Of a DNA stretch of 33,748 bases, positions 9,303-19,829 are shown one piece after another. The DNA is from Octopus bimaculoides. Its lineage: Eukaryota. A program made the position numbers and the translations under genes. The notes under the pieces are model-generated. The model ran no database searches. It saw only the letters and a program-made list of their open reading frames with translations, and was not told the origin of the DNA. The first letter of the stretch is position 1; each line of letters begins with the position of its first letter. The stretch covers positions 53,733,896-53,767,643 of the forward strand of contig NC_068985.1 in assembly GCF_001194135.2 (NCBI RefSeq), read 5' to 3'.

Positions 9303-12300
9303 TTCGTTATAAACCACTGAAGGCTTACAAGTAGATCGTTAAAAACCACTGAAGTCTTACAAGGCAGATGGTGCAGGACGATACCATACAATATAGTATG
9401 ATATGGTATGATATGATGGTGGTGATGGGGTTATATAAAGGCATGTAAAGAGATAAAATAACAAAAACAAAAATTGAAGCGAGAAAATTCCCTAAAAAAG
9501 GGAGACTTCCAAGGGCGTTCATGGAAACCCCCACAAAACCATAGTCACCCTAACCACTAGTGCTGCTCCTCCTCCTCTCCCTTCAATTTATATGCGCATG
9601 CTTAGAGTAGGCCCGTTCATTCAGACCATCCTTGTTACATTCACCCATCTTTCAACAGATTTGCCTCTTCGCCCTCACTTTCCTTTTCACGTAGAACTTG
9701 AAAAAGATAACGAGTACTTGGCAGAGACGGAAGTGTCTGTCTTCGGCCCTTTCAGTCTAGTCCTCTACACAACCACTTTCGCTAAGGCCGCCAGGAAGAT
9801 AAATACTATCCGTCCTTCTCAACCAAAAGAAGGAGGCGGGGTGATCTTCACTGTGGACTTAGCCGATAGCCGGACCGGTCCTACATGCGACAGCAGCTGT
9901 TCGACATAAGCTCACGAGTCAACTATGCTCGAGCACTGGGAAAGAACGTGCAATATCATCGCTCTGTGCACATCTTGGACATGCCCAACAAACGGTACTT
10001 TCATGCTTGTTGACTTTATCTCGAACCGGCAATGCTTCCACCACGGTAGCACTACCAAGCCATAGATTTCTAGAAACCACCAGTAGGTTCTGGTCCGAAA
10101 GTCTTCCGGAGCAGATCAACCAGTTGATTCTCGTCAGTGCCCAGAATCTCCCTGAGAACTTCGTCGCTCTTGTCTGCCACTAAACCTTTGTGGACTGCCA
10201 AAGCAGCACCTCCACTGACAACATTGCCTGATTAGCAAAGGGATGTGAACGCCTGACGGCACTATCGGTGTTAGGCTTCCTGCCAAGCATGATTCGTTCC
10301 ATTTTCCGTTGGGCTACAATTAGGGTGTTGATCTATATAGCCAACGATTTTAAAATATGAACAACCAGTATTATCCTTACCTACCGACCAATAGAATACT
10401 ATATCAAGATGCGACTTAGATGTCTCGATGCAATATGCCCATGTCCACGTTGTTTATCTGCATATCTGGGAAATGCAGTCGCTATCTTTCAGACAAGTGG
10501 AAACTATTCCCACACAATCCAAGCGTGCATCCAAGATGGTGTTTCAGTTGTCCACTGACACTAAAGAGAAGACGTTCCCAGGAAAACTACCACACGCCTG
10601 AAGAAATCTGGATATACTGCTCCTATCGGAAAATAAACAGCTACTAGTCTGAAGGTACTCCCGTCGCTACTGATCTCATCCAGGACCACCAACTTACCTT
10701 CTGGGTCCAAGATGGTCCGTTTCTTGAGATCTTTACTTTTCTGAAAAAATACTGTCACTTCACCTCCCATTCCTGGTCGACATGGAAATAAATCTCGCGT
10801 CCACTGAAAATGGGCATGGGATCTTAATGATCGAAAACTTTGGTGTCGTTGATGGCAACCCCGTCTATATTCAGTGACCTGATGTCGTTGAGCAGATGGC
10901 CCTGCTTCCCGGATGATCTCAAGCTACGTACATTTACTCTGCCTATTCTGTGTGCAGCTATGTTTGACAAGAGGAATGATAAAAAAAAGAAGATCACTTT
11001 ATTTCTTTAGAGGAATGGGTGCTTTGTCTCTCATGCTATGTATGGGTATTTCTACAAGCAGCTTTTCATAATTTTTTATTTCTATGTCTGATCGAAAGCT
11101 TCCTACTTCTGTTGAGTATCTATATTTTAAAATGATTGTGTGCTGCAAAAAATTTGGATAATTTTTATGTGGTGGAACGCTGTTGGTTAATGTGATGTAG
11201 TTATCGAGTGTGATGTTAGTATTTTCGAGTGTGTGGTACATTAGTTTATTATTTGTATTTATGGCTGTGTATTTATTAATGTCTTTTTTGACGTGCTGGG
11301 GAAAACGTTCTGACTTTTGGTGCGTGTATATGTCTGAATTTATTTGTGCTTGTGATAATGGTGTCTATGAAAGTGAAGATAATGTGTTGATATTACTGAT
11401 GTAGCAGCTGTTGGGTGTGTAGGAGTATAACTGCTCGAAGGCACCTCCTCAAATTGTCGTGTCTCCAAGTTTTGTGGATTGACGTATTTTTGTTTTCCTT
11501 TTTTATCTTTGTTACTGAATGGTGTTTTCCACGTCATCTTCACTACATGACATGTCTGTGCGATGAATGTCTTGGAGGGATATCTCTTGAGGACGTCTGT
11601 TGTGTTGTTTCTTGATATAGTTGTTGATTTGAGGGTTTCTGTTGCTGTCTGTGATGTGGCGATCTTTGATATTGGCATGTTTTATGTTGTTTTAGTTGCT
11701 GCTGCTTCCACTATTGTTGTTGATGCTGTAGATGTTGCAGTTACTGTCGCTGCTGCTATTATTGCAGTTTTTGCTTTTGGTATTGTTGTTGTGGTGCTAA
11801 CTAGTCTTTCCTTTGTTGTGAACAGAACCCCTTGAGGTGGCTTGTGTTACTCCACAAGCGATACCTTGACCTTCTTCCTTCAACGATCGCGTGTAGTTTT
11901 GTACCATCTGGTAGACTAAATCTGGAATAGCTTCCATGCTTTGGTATTCCGTTTAGATCAATAGCTCCATCCCTAGGCTCGACCAGTTTTGTTTCTTCCC
12001 TGTATCGAAGAGGGCCACCGCTACCAACGAGCAAATGTTGATTTCTGGGGAGGGGAGCACGTTGACTATTTTTATTTTAAGCGCACTTCGGCCAAAGTGA
12101 ACTGAAATGTCGACCAGTTCATCACTCATTAGATTGGTTGTGGAGTGCTTTCTTGCCTCATTTTCTGTAGCGAATCTCATATCTACAGTATCGAACAGCT
12201 CTGACTGTGCATATTTTTGTGCCCCAGACTGGTCTGAGGCAATTTCCAATCTGCTGCTGTTGCTGCTGTACCGATGTTCTGTTTCTTTATTTTGCCTTTT

Positions 12301-12770
12301 GTGACTATAGTTTTATATATACCACTGTTCTAAGGTTGGTTTGTTGTTGGATAAATTTTAGAATAATGACAGTCATGTTTTTCGGCCACATTTCACCAGG
12401 ATGGATTTTAAATCTTTTGGTTCTTTAATATCAATAAAAGTTTCTTCGCTTATTTGATGCATCGCGTTGGTGAAATCACTAACGCTAAATTTGCAGATTT
12501 TGTTTACCTATACTTTTGGGCTGGCGTGAATGGTGGTGATGGCAGTGGAAATTGCAGGTGTGTTGAATGAAAAATTGGATTTTTTTGTTTTCGTTCTCCC
12601 GTTTAATTTTTGTCGTTGTTTTCTTTTTTCTTATTTTGATGGGTTTTTTTTACTCAGTTGCCTCGTCGTGTGAAATGTGTGAAATGTGGTGATGTTGATT
12701 TCACTTTCTTTTTCATATAAGTTTTTGCTGTTATCGTTATATGTACATTGTTTTTCAACTTTCTAGATAG
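9268..12770 (-). mobile_element. Tx1/L1-clade LINE, decayed, with the RT domain deleted
   Basis: ORF1 remnant with degenerate CCHC knuckle (VEGRRSRYRLWSNTSHLKGFC, about 11830-11900). APE domain from about 10961 (IGRVNVRSLRS...; DPEGKLVVLD...FRLVAVYFP; ...TILDARLDCVG). ORF2 C-terminus (KSMAW*CYRG..LPVRDKVNKH...CPRC). 3'UTR and (ATT)n tail at 9268-9301. The 5' boundary is approximate. Confidence 0.85.
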
Positions 12771-13077
12771 CGGGGGGGGGGGCAAAATATCTTCATAATG
12801 GCTATTCCAAGAGCTATCATCTCCATTTGGGAAATTATATTGCTTTTTGTTTTAAAATATGTAATTTTGCCAATTTAAGTTCCAAAATACGCCCTTAAGG
12901 GACGAATATTTCGCAAAACCAACTAATTATAGAGAAAATGTGTTGGCTTGTTAACTAGATGGTACAACAAGATTACAAATAACAATCTCTGAAAAAAAAA
13001 AACAAATTTCAACAATACCTCAGGAGCTTCGAACATACGTACTTCTCTTTCAAGTATAATAATCATAATTCTCCTTT

Positions 13078-13235
13078 TTACTATAGGCACAAGGCCTGAA
13101 AATTAGGAGGAAGAATTAAGTCGATTACATCGACTCCAATGCTCAGTGGGTACTTATTCTATTAACCTCGAAAGAATGAAAAGCCTCGATGGAATGTGAA
13201 CTCAGGATATAAAGTCGGACGAAATGCTGCTAATC
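13078..13235 (-). mobile_element. Family A SINE (minus strand)
   Basis: Reverse complement of the family A body and the aggccttgtgcctatag tail. Confidence 0.75.
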
Positions 13236-13271
13236 ACGCTACCTTTTTAATAATAATAACAATAATAATTA

Positions 13272-13482
13272 AGGCGGTGAACTGACAGAAACATTAGCAT
13301 TCCGGGCAAAATGTTTAACGGCATTTCGTCCGTCTTTACGTTTAATGTTCACATTCTGTTGAGGTTCACTTTGTCTTTCATCCTTTCGGGTTTAATAAAA
13401 TAAGTACCAACTGAACACTGGGTTCGATGTAATCGGCTGTCCTCTCTCTCAAAACTTCAGGCCTTGTCCTATAGTAGAAAGA
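13272..13482 (+). mobile_element. Family A SINE (plus strand)
   Basis: Family A sequence aggcggtgaactgacagaa...caggccttgtcctatagtagaaag. Confidence 0.8.
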
Positions 13483-14417
13483 ACTATTGTTGGTCAGAAT
13501 AATTAACTAATAACCGTCGCACTAAATGACTCGATTTTTGTTTCTTATAACAAAGGCATACCAAAGATTTCTCAGTTTTTAAGAATCAAGCATATAAAAA
13601 GAAAAAAAAAATAGCTATCCCCCATCATCCCCATAATACAAAGTAAGTGAAGGACTATACTCTGTTAGTATCTCAAGAAGTTATTTATTATTCATAGCTT
13701 GAATACGTAATAATGCTAAGCTTTGTAGTTGTTTTAATAGACCTTCCTTACTGCTGACCTATTTATTCATTCATTTATTCATTCCTGCTTTGTTGTTGTC
13801 GACGCTGAGATCAGTTACTGAGTAGATGAAAAGATTGATATATTAATTTGCTAACTCAGTGGTTTTAATAGAAACAGAGATGGTTGAGTAAGCCTTTCTC
13901 ATAAGATCCTTTACGTTTTGGTGTTGTTGAATCCTAGCTTGAAATTTTCTACAAGTTTATTGCACGAGGTTTTCGCGAGGTTTAATCAAGTGGTCTGTGA
14001 TTAGTGTGTCGTACCTCAACTTCTACACACAAGATTCGATATGGCTCAACCAGGTGACACAATATAAAAATATTCTTGCTCTTCCTACTCTACAGTTGAG
14101 TGATTTACTGTAAGAACTGTCAGTCAACCAACTGGAAAGTAACTTACCATAACTTACTTGTGAAATTATTATATAATAGAAAAATATATATGACAGTCTC
14201 TCTCACTCTCCTATAATATTTTATATATAACGGCTAAACTTACAACTAGATTTCACTAAAAATGAAAAAAATACGAAACTTAAGTTGAAAGCTACGAAGT
14301 TTTATTTTTAAAATTGAAGAATAAAGAAAACCCCAAATCGATTTCTTGTACAGAGCACAAGTTCAACACACACACACACACACACACACATGTACGCGCG
14401 CGCTTAATTTTCATACC

Positions 14418-14485
14418 AGGCCTTCTGATGAGCTCCGTCTTAGGTTTTCCCTAATTGTGCGCAAAACTGATTAGTAAAATTTGTT
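14418..14485 (+). ncRNA. Degenerate type I hammerhead-ribozyme-like motif
   Basis: Intact CTGATGAG at 14425-14432, inner stem II ttagg/cctaa, CAAAAC in place of CGAAAC at 14462-14467, short self-complementary stem III ACTGATTAGT, and a GTA triplet at 14474-14476. Stem I is poor. Confidence 0.4.
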
Positions 14486-14498
14486 AAATGGATCTATT

Positions 14499-14536
<38 letters not shown>

Positions 14537-15034
14537 NNNNNNNNNNNNNNNNNNNNNNNNNNNNNNNNNNNNNNNNNNNNNNNNNNNNNNNNNNNNNNNN
14601 NNNNNNNNNNNNNNNNNNNNNNNNNNNNNNNNNNNNNNNNNNNNNNNNNNNNNNNNNNNNNNNNNNNNNNNNNNNNNNNNNNNNNNNNNNNNNNNNNNNN
14701 NNNNNNNNNNNNNNNNNNNNNNNNNNNNNNNNNNNNNNNNNNNNNNNNNNNNNNNNNNNNNNNNNNNNNNNNNNNNNNNNNNNNNNNNNNNNNNNNNNNN
14801 NNNNNNNNNNNNNNNNNNNNNNNNNNNNNNNNNNNNNNNNNNNNNNNNNNNNNNNNNNNNNNNNNNNNNNNNNNATATATATATATATATATATATAAAC
14901 GCAATGCGTGATCGATGATAAGAACATTCTCTACTCCACTTTTATATCCAGTGCAGTTAAACGAAGTCCGTCAAACCCCTGGATATGTTTGCGTGCGGAA
15001 TTCGAGCACGTAATAGCAATATTAAACTCAGAAA

Positions 15035-15266
15035 ACGTAATTGATATTATATGCTTTGTAAAACATGTGTTTCGGTAGATCGGCTGTCATTATTACGCAA
15101 GGCAAGACAATTAATTAGATGTTGTAATATAGCTGAGTTACCTCCTTAGCGTTGAGAAGATGAATCGACCGCACTACGTCATTTGGCTAACTTGCCTTGC
15201 ATAATGAGGACAATTGATTTACTGAAACGTGTGTATACTTTATAAAGTTTAGAATGACAATTATGC
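15035..15266. repeat. Degenerate palindrome of about 230 bp
   Basis: GCAAGGCAAG (15097-15106) and CTTGCCTTGC (15191-15200) are perfect inverted copies. The arms extend inward and outward with mostly transition mismatches. Confidence 0.75.
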
Positions 15267-16299
15267 TTTGTGTTTATATACTCACAAGCTTGTCCCTCGC
15301 GGCGGTGGCATTGCGTTTCTCAAACTTGTACCCTAGCACAACCTATTTCCCCTTGATTTCCATAGTATAAACTAAGATACTTTCTAACAGAATTTTTTAG
15401 AAAAGACATATAACCAATTTTATGCATGAAAATAACTACTTCGAAACATGCTCAAAATACAATAGAATCATTGTAGGATTCATACTCATTGCAAAACATG
15501 TCTATTGTTGTATGATGGGCAGTGATGCAATGGGGGTTATTGGAAGGGAGAGCAGTATTACTTTCTGTCTTGTAGAGCATTGTCTTCAGCATCAGTTTCA
15601 AAGTTGAAGAACTTTCCTAAGGATTTTTGATGCAACTCAGAGTAGGAATTGAATTCGCTATGAACTCCTCTGGTAATGTTTATGTAAAGTTGACAATTAG
15701 GATCGTTATAAGCAATGTAAATACTAACCCTTGTTGAGTTAGTGGAGCTTCGGTATTCTCTTTTTCATCTGTAGTTCACTCTTGTTCTATTAGCATTTAC
15801 TCCTCATTTGACAAAGTTTCTCTATAGGATGGTAGCCACATCAAACTTACGAAATAAGAAAAACAAAACAATATCCAGACACTTAAAGAGGTAGCGGCTT
15901 GACTACTTGACGTACTTTTGTCTATTTTGTCATCTATTGTTCCTTCTGTAGACGTTGCAAGCTTTCATGTTATTTCAGTAAGGTCTTCTGTGTCAAATCT
16001 TTGTAAGCATTCAAGTTTAACTTTTGGCACTGCTGCTTTTAATTCAACTTGATGACCTCTTTCCAGTAATCTTGAATAAAGTCGATGCACTGTTATTAAA
16101 TCGAAAGGCAGAGAAGAAACAAGAAATCCACACCAAAAGTTAAACTGTAGAATCTAAGGAAAACAGTTATGTTCTGCGCAAAAGACAGTCACTCTGTTAT
16201 TTCAAACCTAAAGAAACTAAATGAATAAAAGAGAAAGGTGAAGGCTTGATGTTGAAAGATGTGAGATGTAGGATATTTGAGGAAATTCTGTACTACTCA

Positions 16300-16415
16300 A
16301 GTTAGCCAGGTCCACGTTTGTTGAGTGGATCTGGTGCAAACGAGATGGGTGATTGAGGGTACAGAGCGGTGTCGGCACGAATGCTGAGAACAATGAAAAA
16401 AGGTACTGGGTAAGA
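16300..16415 (+). promoter_or_regulatory. Candidate upstream (5'UTR) exon end or promoter-proximal region of the LDLa gene
   Basis: Non-repetitive, locally GC/CpG-richer stretch ending in a consensus donor CTGG|GTAAGA at 16409/16410, just upstream of the CpG-decay step. Speculative. Confidence 0.2.
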
Positions 16416-16914
16416 GGAGAGAGTGAACAACTTTTGGAAAGAATGTTTAGTGCACTAGAAATAAATAAATTTTAAGAAGTAAATTGTAACCTGTAAACAA
16501 ACATGTACAAAGAAGGGAGACAGGAAATAAGAGAGGTTAAAGTATCACATCAAATTATATAATCATGATGATATCATGCTTTTAATTTTTTTTTAAATTG
16601 TTGAAATTTATCCCAAATTTCAGGAATTATGTTGAAATTACAAGCTGTATCCTGAAATTAGTGGTCATAAAATATAATTCTCATTAAGTGCAGAATTCCG
16701 TAACCAGTGTTTCCGTAATGTGGTGTATTTCAGTGCATTTATACATACATGTACACACACACACTGTGTGTGTGTGTGTTTTTAATATATTTAGGAATAT
16801 TTGAGTATACTAACGAAATGTTTGATGCTTCATGTTATATTTCAGTGTTCAAATTGCAGACAAAAATCATTATCGTCATCATCTTTATTGCCATTATTAA
16901 TATTATTATTATTA

Positions 16915-17268
16915 TATGACGGACATGTGCTGTAGTTTGTTTTGCTCTTATTTTCACTGTATTGAAAGTGTTTTACGTTGGATGTCTGCAATGCTTGTAG
17001 TGCGATTTTCTGTATGTTGCATATACTTGTTAGTCTTGGTGTTTTTGTTATGCATTTGTGTTTTTTTTTATATTATACCTAATGCGCCTACTATGATAGG
17101 AATTATTTTTGCATTTAGGCTCCACATTCGAGTTACCTCTATTTCCAGGTCTTTGTATTTTGAAAATTTCTCCGTTTCTTTTAGAGAAACATTGTCATCT
17201 GTTGGTATTGATACATCGATTAAAAAGCATTTTTTTTCTTGGTGAACTCTGACAACTATATCCGACCT
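16915..17268 (-). mobile_element. R4/Dong-like RLE LINE, 5'-truncated, including the endonuclease active-site region
   Basis: Minus strand NRSDIVVRVHQEKKCFLIDVSIPTDDNVSLKETEKFSKYKDLEIEVTRMWSLNAKIIPIIVGALGII shows the RPD...IDV.IP...EK..KY REL motif. Same subfamily as 3632-3800 (shared cgtaaaacactttcaatacag). (TAA)n on both sides. Confidence 0.88.
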
Positions 17269-17282
17269 ATTATTATTATTAC

Positions 17283-17322
<40 letters not shown>

Positions 17323-17337
17323 GTTGTTGTTGTTTAT

Positions 17338-17550
17338 TATGGCAGCGAGCTGGCAGAATCGTTAGCACGCCGAGCAAAATGCTTAGCAGTATTTCATGTT
17401 TTCGCGTTCTGAGTTCAAATGCCGCCGCGGTGGACCTTGCCTCTCATCATTTCGGGGTCGATAAATCAAGTACCACTTACGCACTGGAGTCGATGCAATC
17501 GACTCATCCGCTCCCCCAAAATGTCTACCCTTGTGGCAAAATTTGAAACC
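17338..17550 (+). mobile_element. Family A SINE, CpG-intact
   Basis: Family A sequence ggcagcgagctggcagaatcgttagcacgccgagc...cccttgtggcaaaatttgaaaccattatt. Confidence 0.85.
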
Positions 17551-17559
17551 ATTATTATT

Positions 17560-18122
17560 ATTATTGAGTGAGAGAGAAGTATATGCCATCAAAGTGACAC
17601 TGTCGTAAAACATACGAAGCTCAGTATACTCATCATGACTACCCGTCTGATAAGGGTACACCAGGCACATGCATCACAACCATATGTGCGCGACATGGTG
17701 ATCTCATATCAAGATAAACAGCGCATGACCTCGCAGGTGGGGACCAGTTAGAATTTTCTTCAGGGCGAGTAACCCATCCCACTCAAAAGGTCCTTGAATA
17801 AGAGTTGTTTAAGGATGATGAATGAAACATGCATGTTTCCAGAGGTGAATTATACAAACTCCTAAGAATTCATCTCAATATATGGCTATAATATTCTTCT
17901 CCTACTTCTGCTTGTGATCAGATATGCACATATTGCCAGCCACTAAGGGACATGCTCAACTGGATAAGGTCAAACAACTGACAAGCAAATCTGTGGTATT
18001 GAACAGAATATTTGCTGTAGCCCATCTTTTATACCAAGACAAAACAATGTACATAACATTTCCAATCAGTTAAGATCAAAAGTCATGAGAACCAGTGCCT
18101 GGTACTGCATCAAGGCATTTAC
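17560..18122 (+). mobile_element. Unclassified interspersed element of about 560 bp between (ATT)n runs
   Basis: Bounded by (ATT)n on both sides with no coding signature. It resembles an abundant octopod repeat from memory; not verified. Confidence 0.45.
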
Positions 18123-18128
18123 TATTAC

Positions 18129-18171
<43 letters not shown>

Positions 18172-18447
18172 TGATGAAAACTCTCAGCTTATTTTGCTGG
18201 GTGTGATAGAAAGTGTCAGCTGCCCTCAGCCAGCAGACTAAGACGACACTTGTTTACTGATCATGCTTAAAGAATTCTGCAGAGAACCAAGCAATGCTGG
18301 TTTTTGTAGGTGTTCCATCTTTACGTTTGTACCAGTTCTTTTGAGCCATGTTGATAGTTGAGTGCTGATACTTCCAAGTGTGCCGATTACTACTGGTATC
18401 ACATCCACTCTCTTCATTGCCTATTTCCCACATCAAATCCTTATAAT
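18172..18447 (-). mobile_element. R4/Dong-like 3' fragment (third subfamily) with (TAA)n tail at 18123-18171
   Basis: Minus strand, frameshifted: YKDLMWEIG/AMKRVDVIPVVIGTLGSISTQLSTWLKRTGTNVKMEHLQKPALLGS. Confidence 0.75.
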
Positions 18448-18449
18448 AT

Positions 18450-19140
18450 TTGCAGCTGGTAGAATCATTAGCATGTCAGATGAAATGCTTAGCAGTATTT
18501 CTTCCAACTCATTACATTCTGAGTTCAAATGCTACCGAAGTCGACTTTACCCTTCATCCTTTCAGGGTCAATAAAATAGTACCAGTTGAACACTGGGGTC
18601 AATGTAGTCCATTTCCCCAGAAATTCAGGCACTCTGCTTATAGTAGAAAAAAAAATTATTGTTGTGATTGTTATTATTATCATTATAAGGCAACCAGCTG
18701 GCAGAATAGCTAGCATACCAGGTGAAATGTTTAGTGGTATTTCGTCCGCCCTTACATTCTGAGTTCAAATTCCACCGAGATTGACTTTGCCTTTCATCCT
18801 TTCAGAGTTGATGAAAGAAGTACCAGTTTCACACTGGTGTCAATGTAATTGACTTAACCCCTCCCCCCGAATTTCAGTCCCTGTGCCTATAGTAGAAAGG
18901 ATTATTATTATTATTATTATTGGCAGAATCATTAACATATTAGAGAAATTGCTAAGAGGCATTTGTTCTAACTTTTTCTTGTTCTGAGATCAAATCCTGT
19001 CAAAGTCAACTTTGCTTTTACTCTTTCAGGATTGATAAAATAAAGTACCAGTCAAATACTGGGGGCCAATGTAATCAACTAAACCCTTCTTCTTAATATT
19101 GCTGGCCTTGTGCCAAAATGAAAAAAGTATTATTATTATC
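18450..19140 (+). mobile_element. Three tandem family A SINEs joined by (ATT)n
   Basis: Copies at about 18450-18650, 18685-18900 and 18920-19125, with partial CpG-to-TpG/CpA decay. Confidence 0.85.
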
Positions 19141-19144
19141 ACTA

Positions 19145-19511
19145 TTGGTGAGACTGAATGGATCTACTCTGAATATGCTTTTCTAAACAGGAGGAACGAA
19201 ACTGGAAGAAGACACTTTCCCATACTTTGGGGATGGCAGAATAATCCGGGATTTTTGTGTGGGGTTTACCCTGGATTATCCTAAGTGGACTGCCCTGCTA
19301 TTGGAGATACTATTTATTTATTTATTATTTATTTCTCTACTTTCCATTATATATCCTCTGTTATATCCTTTAATATTGTAGTTTCTCTCCTTGATCGATG
19401 TTAACCTCACCTGTTTTTGTAATTTTTGTTTTGCTGTGTTTTTTTGTGTGCTGTAACTCATTCTTCGATATTGTCCTTCATGTCTTGGGCCCTCGTGGCC
19501 ATTAAAAGAAA

Positions 19512-19557
<46 letters not shown>
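19145..19557 (+). mobile_element. 5'-truncated 3' end of a Tx1-like LINE with (ATT)n tail at 19514-19557
   Basis: The 3'UTR (ggatttttgtgtggggttt...) and terminus (ccctcgtggccattaaaagaaatcattatt) resemble the 3' end of the 9268-12770 element. Confidence 0.55.
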
Positions 19558-19558
<1 letters not shown>

Positions 19559-19582
19559 TTCTCTTGTATTTTTTAGGAAAAC

Positions 19583-19691
19583 ATGCCAACTACAAAGACC
19601 AAAACAAGGAAAAATCGACGTCGCTGGATACTTATTTGTGCAGCTCTCATTGTCTTGTTCATTATTGTCTTCATCCCAGTCTATGATTTAA
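19583..19691 (+). CDS. Coding exon A of a spliced gene for a probable type II membrane protein (basic N-tail plus signal-anchor helix)
   Basis: Acceptor ctcttgtattttttag|GAAAAC at 19576/19577, ATG at 19583 in an AAACATG context, donor A|gtaagt at 19691/19692 (phase 1). Translates to MPTTKTKTRKNRRR-WILICAALIVLFIIVFIPVY-DL. An upstream exon must exist and may be UTR or coding. Confidence 0.8.
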
Positions 19692-19829
19692 GTAAGTCCT
19701 ACACCTCACCTATCTACTCTTGTTCCACTAAACATTTTTTTTAGTCAATGAAAAATCTGTTGTGTTTTGTTTTGTTGTTGTTGTTGTCTTGCCATTCTTG
19801 TTTCCATCTCTGTTGTTATTATTATTGAG

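Noticed and set aside
11340-11835. Thr/Val/Ala-rich ORFs on both strands
   Set aside because: They are the low-complexity part of the decayed Tx1-like ORF1 and its antisense shadow.
15960-16140. Minus-strand open stretch (LITVHRLYSRLLERGHQVELK...)
   Set aside because: Short, with weak splice sites and no firm family motif.
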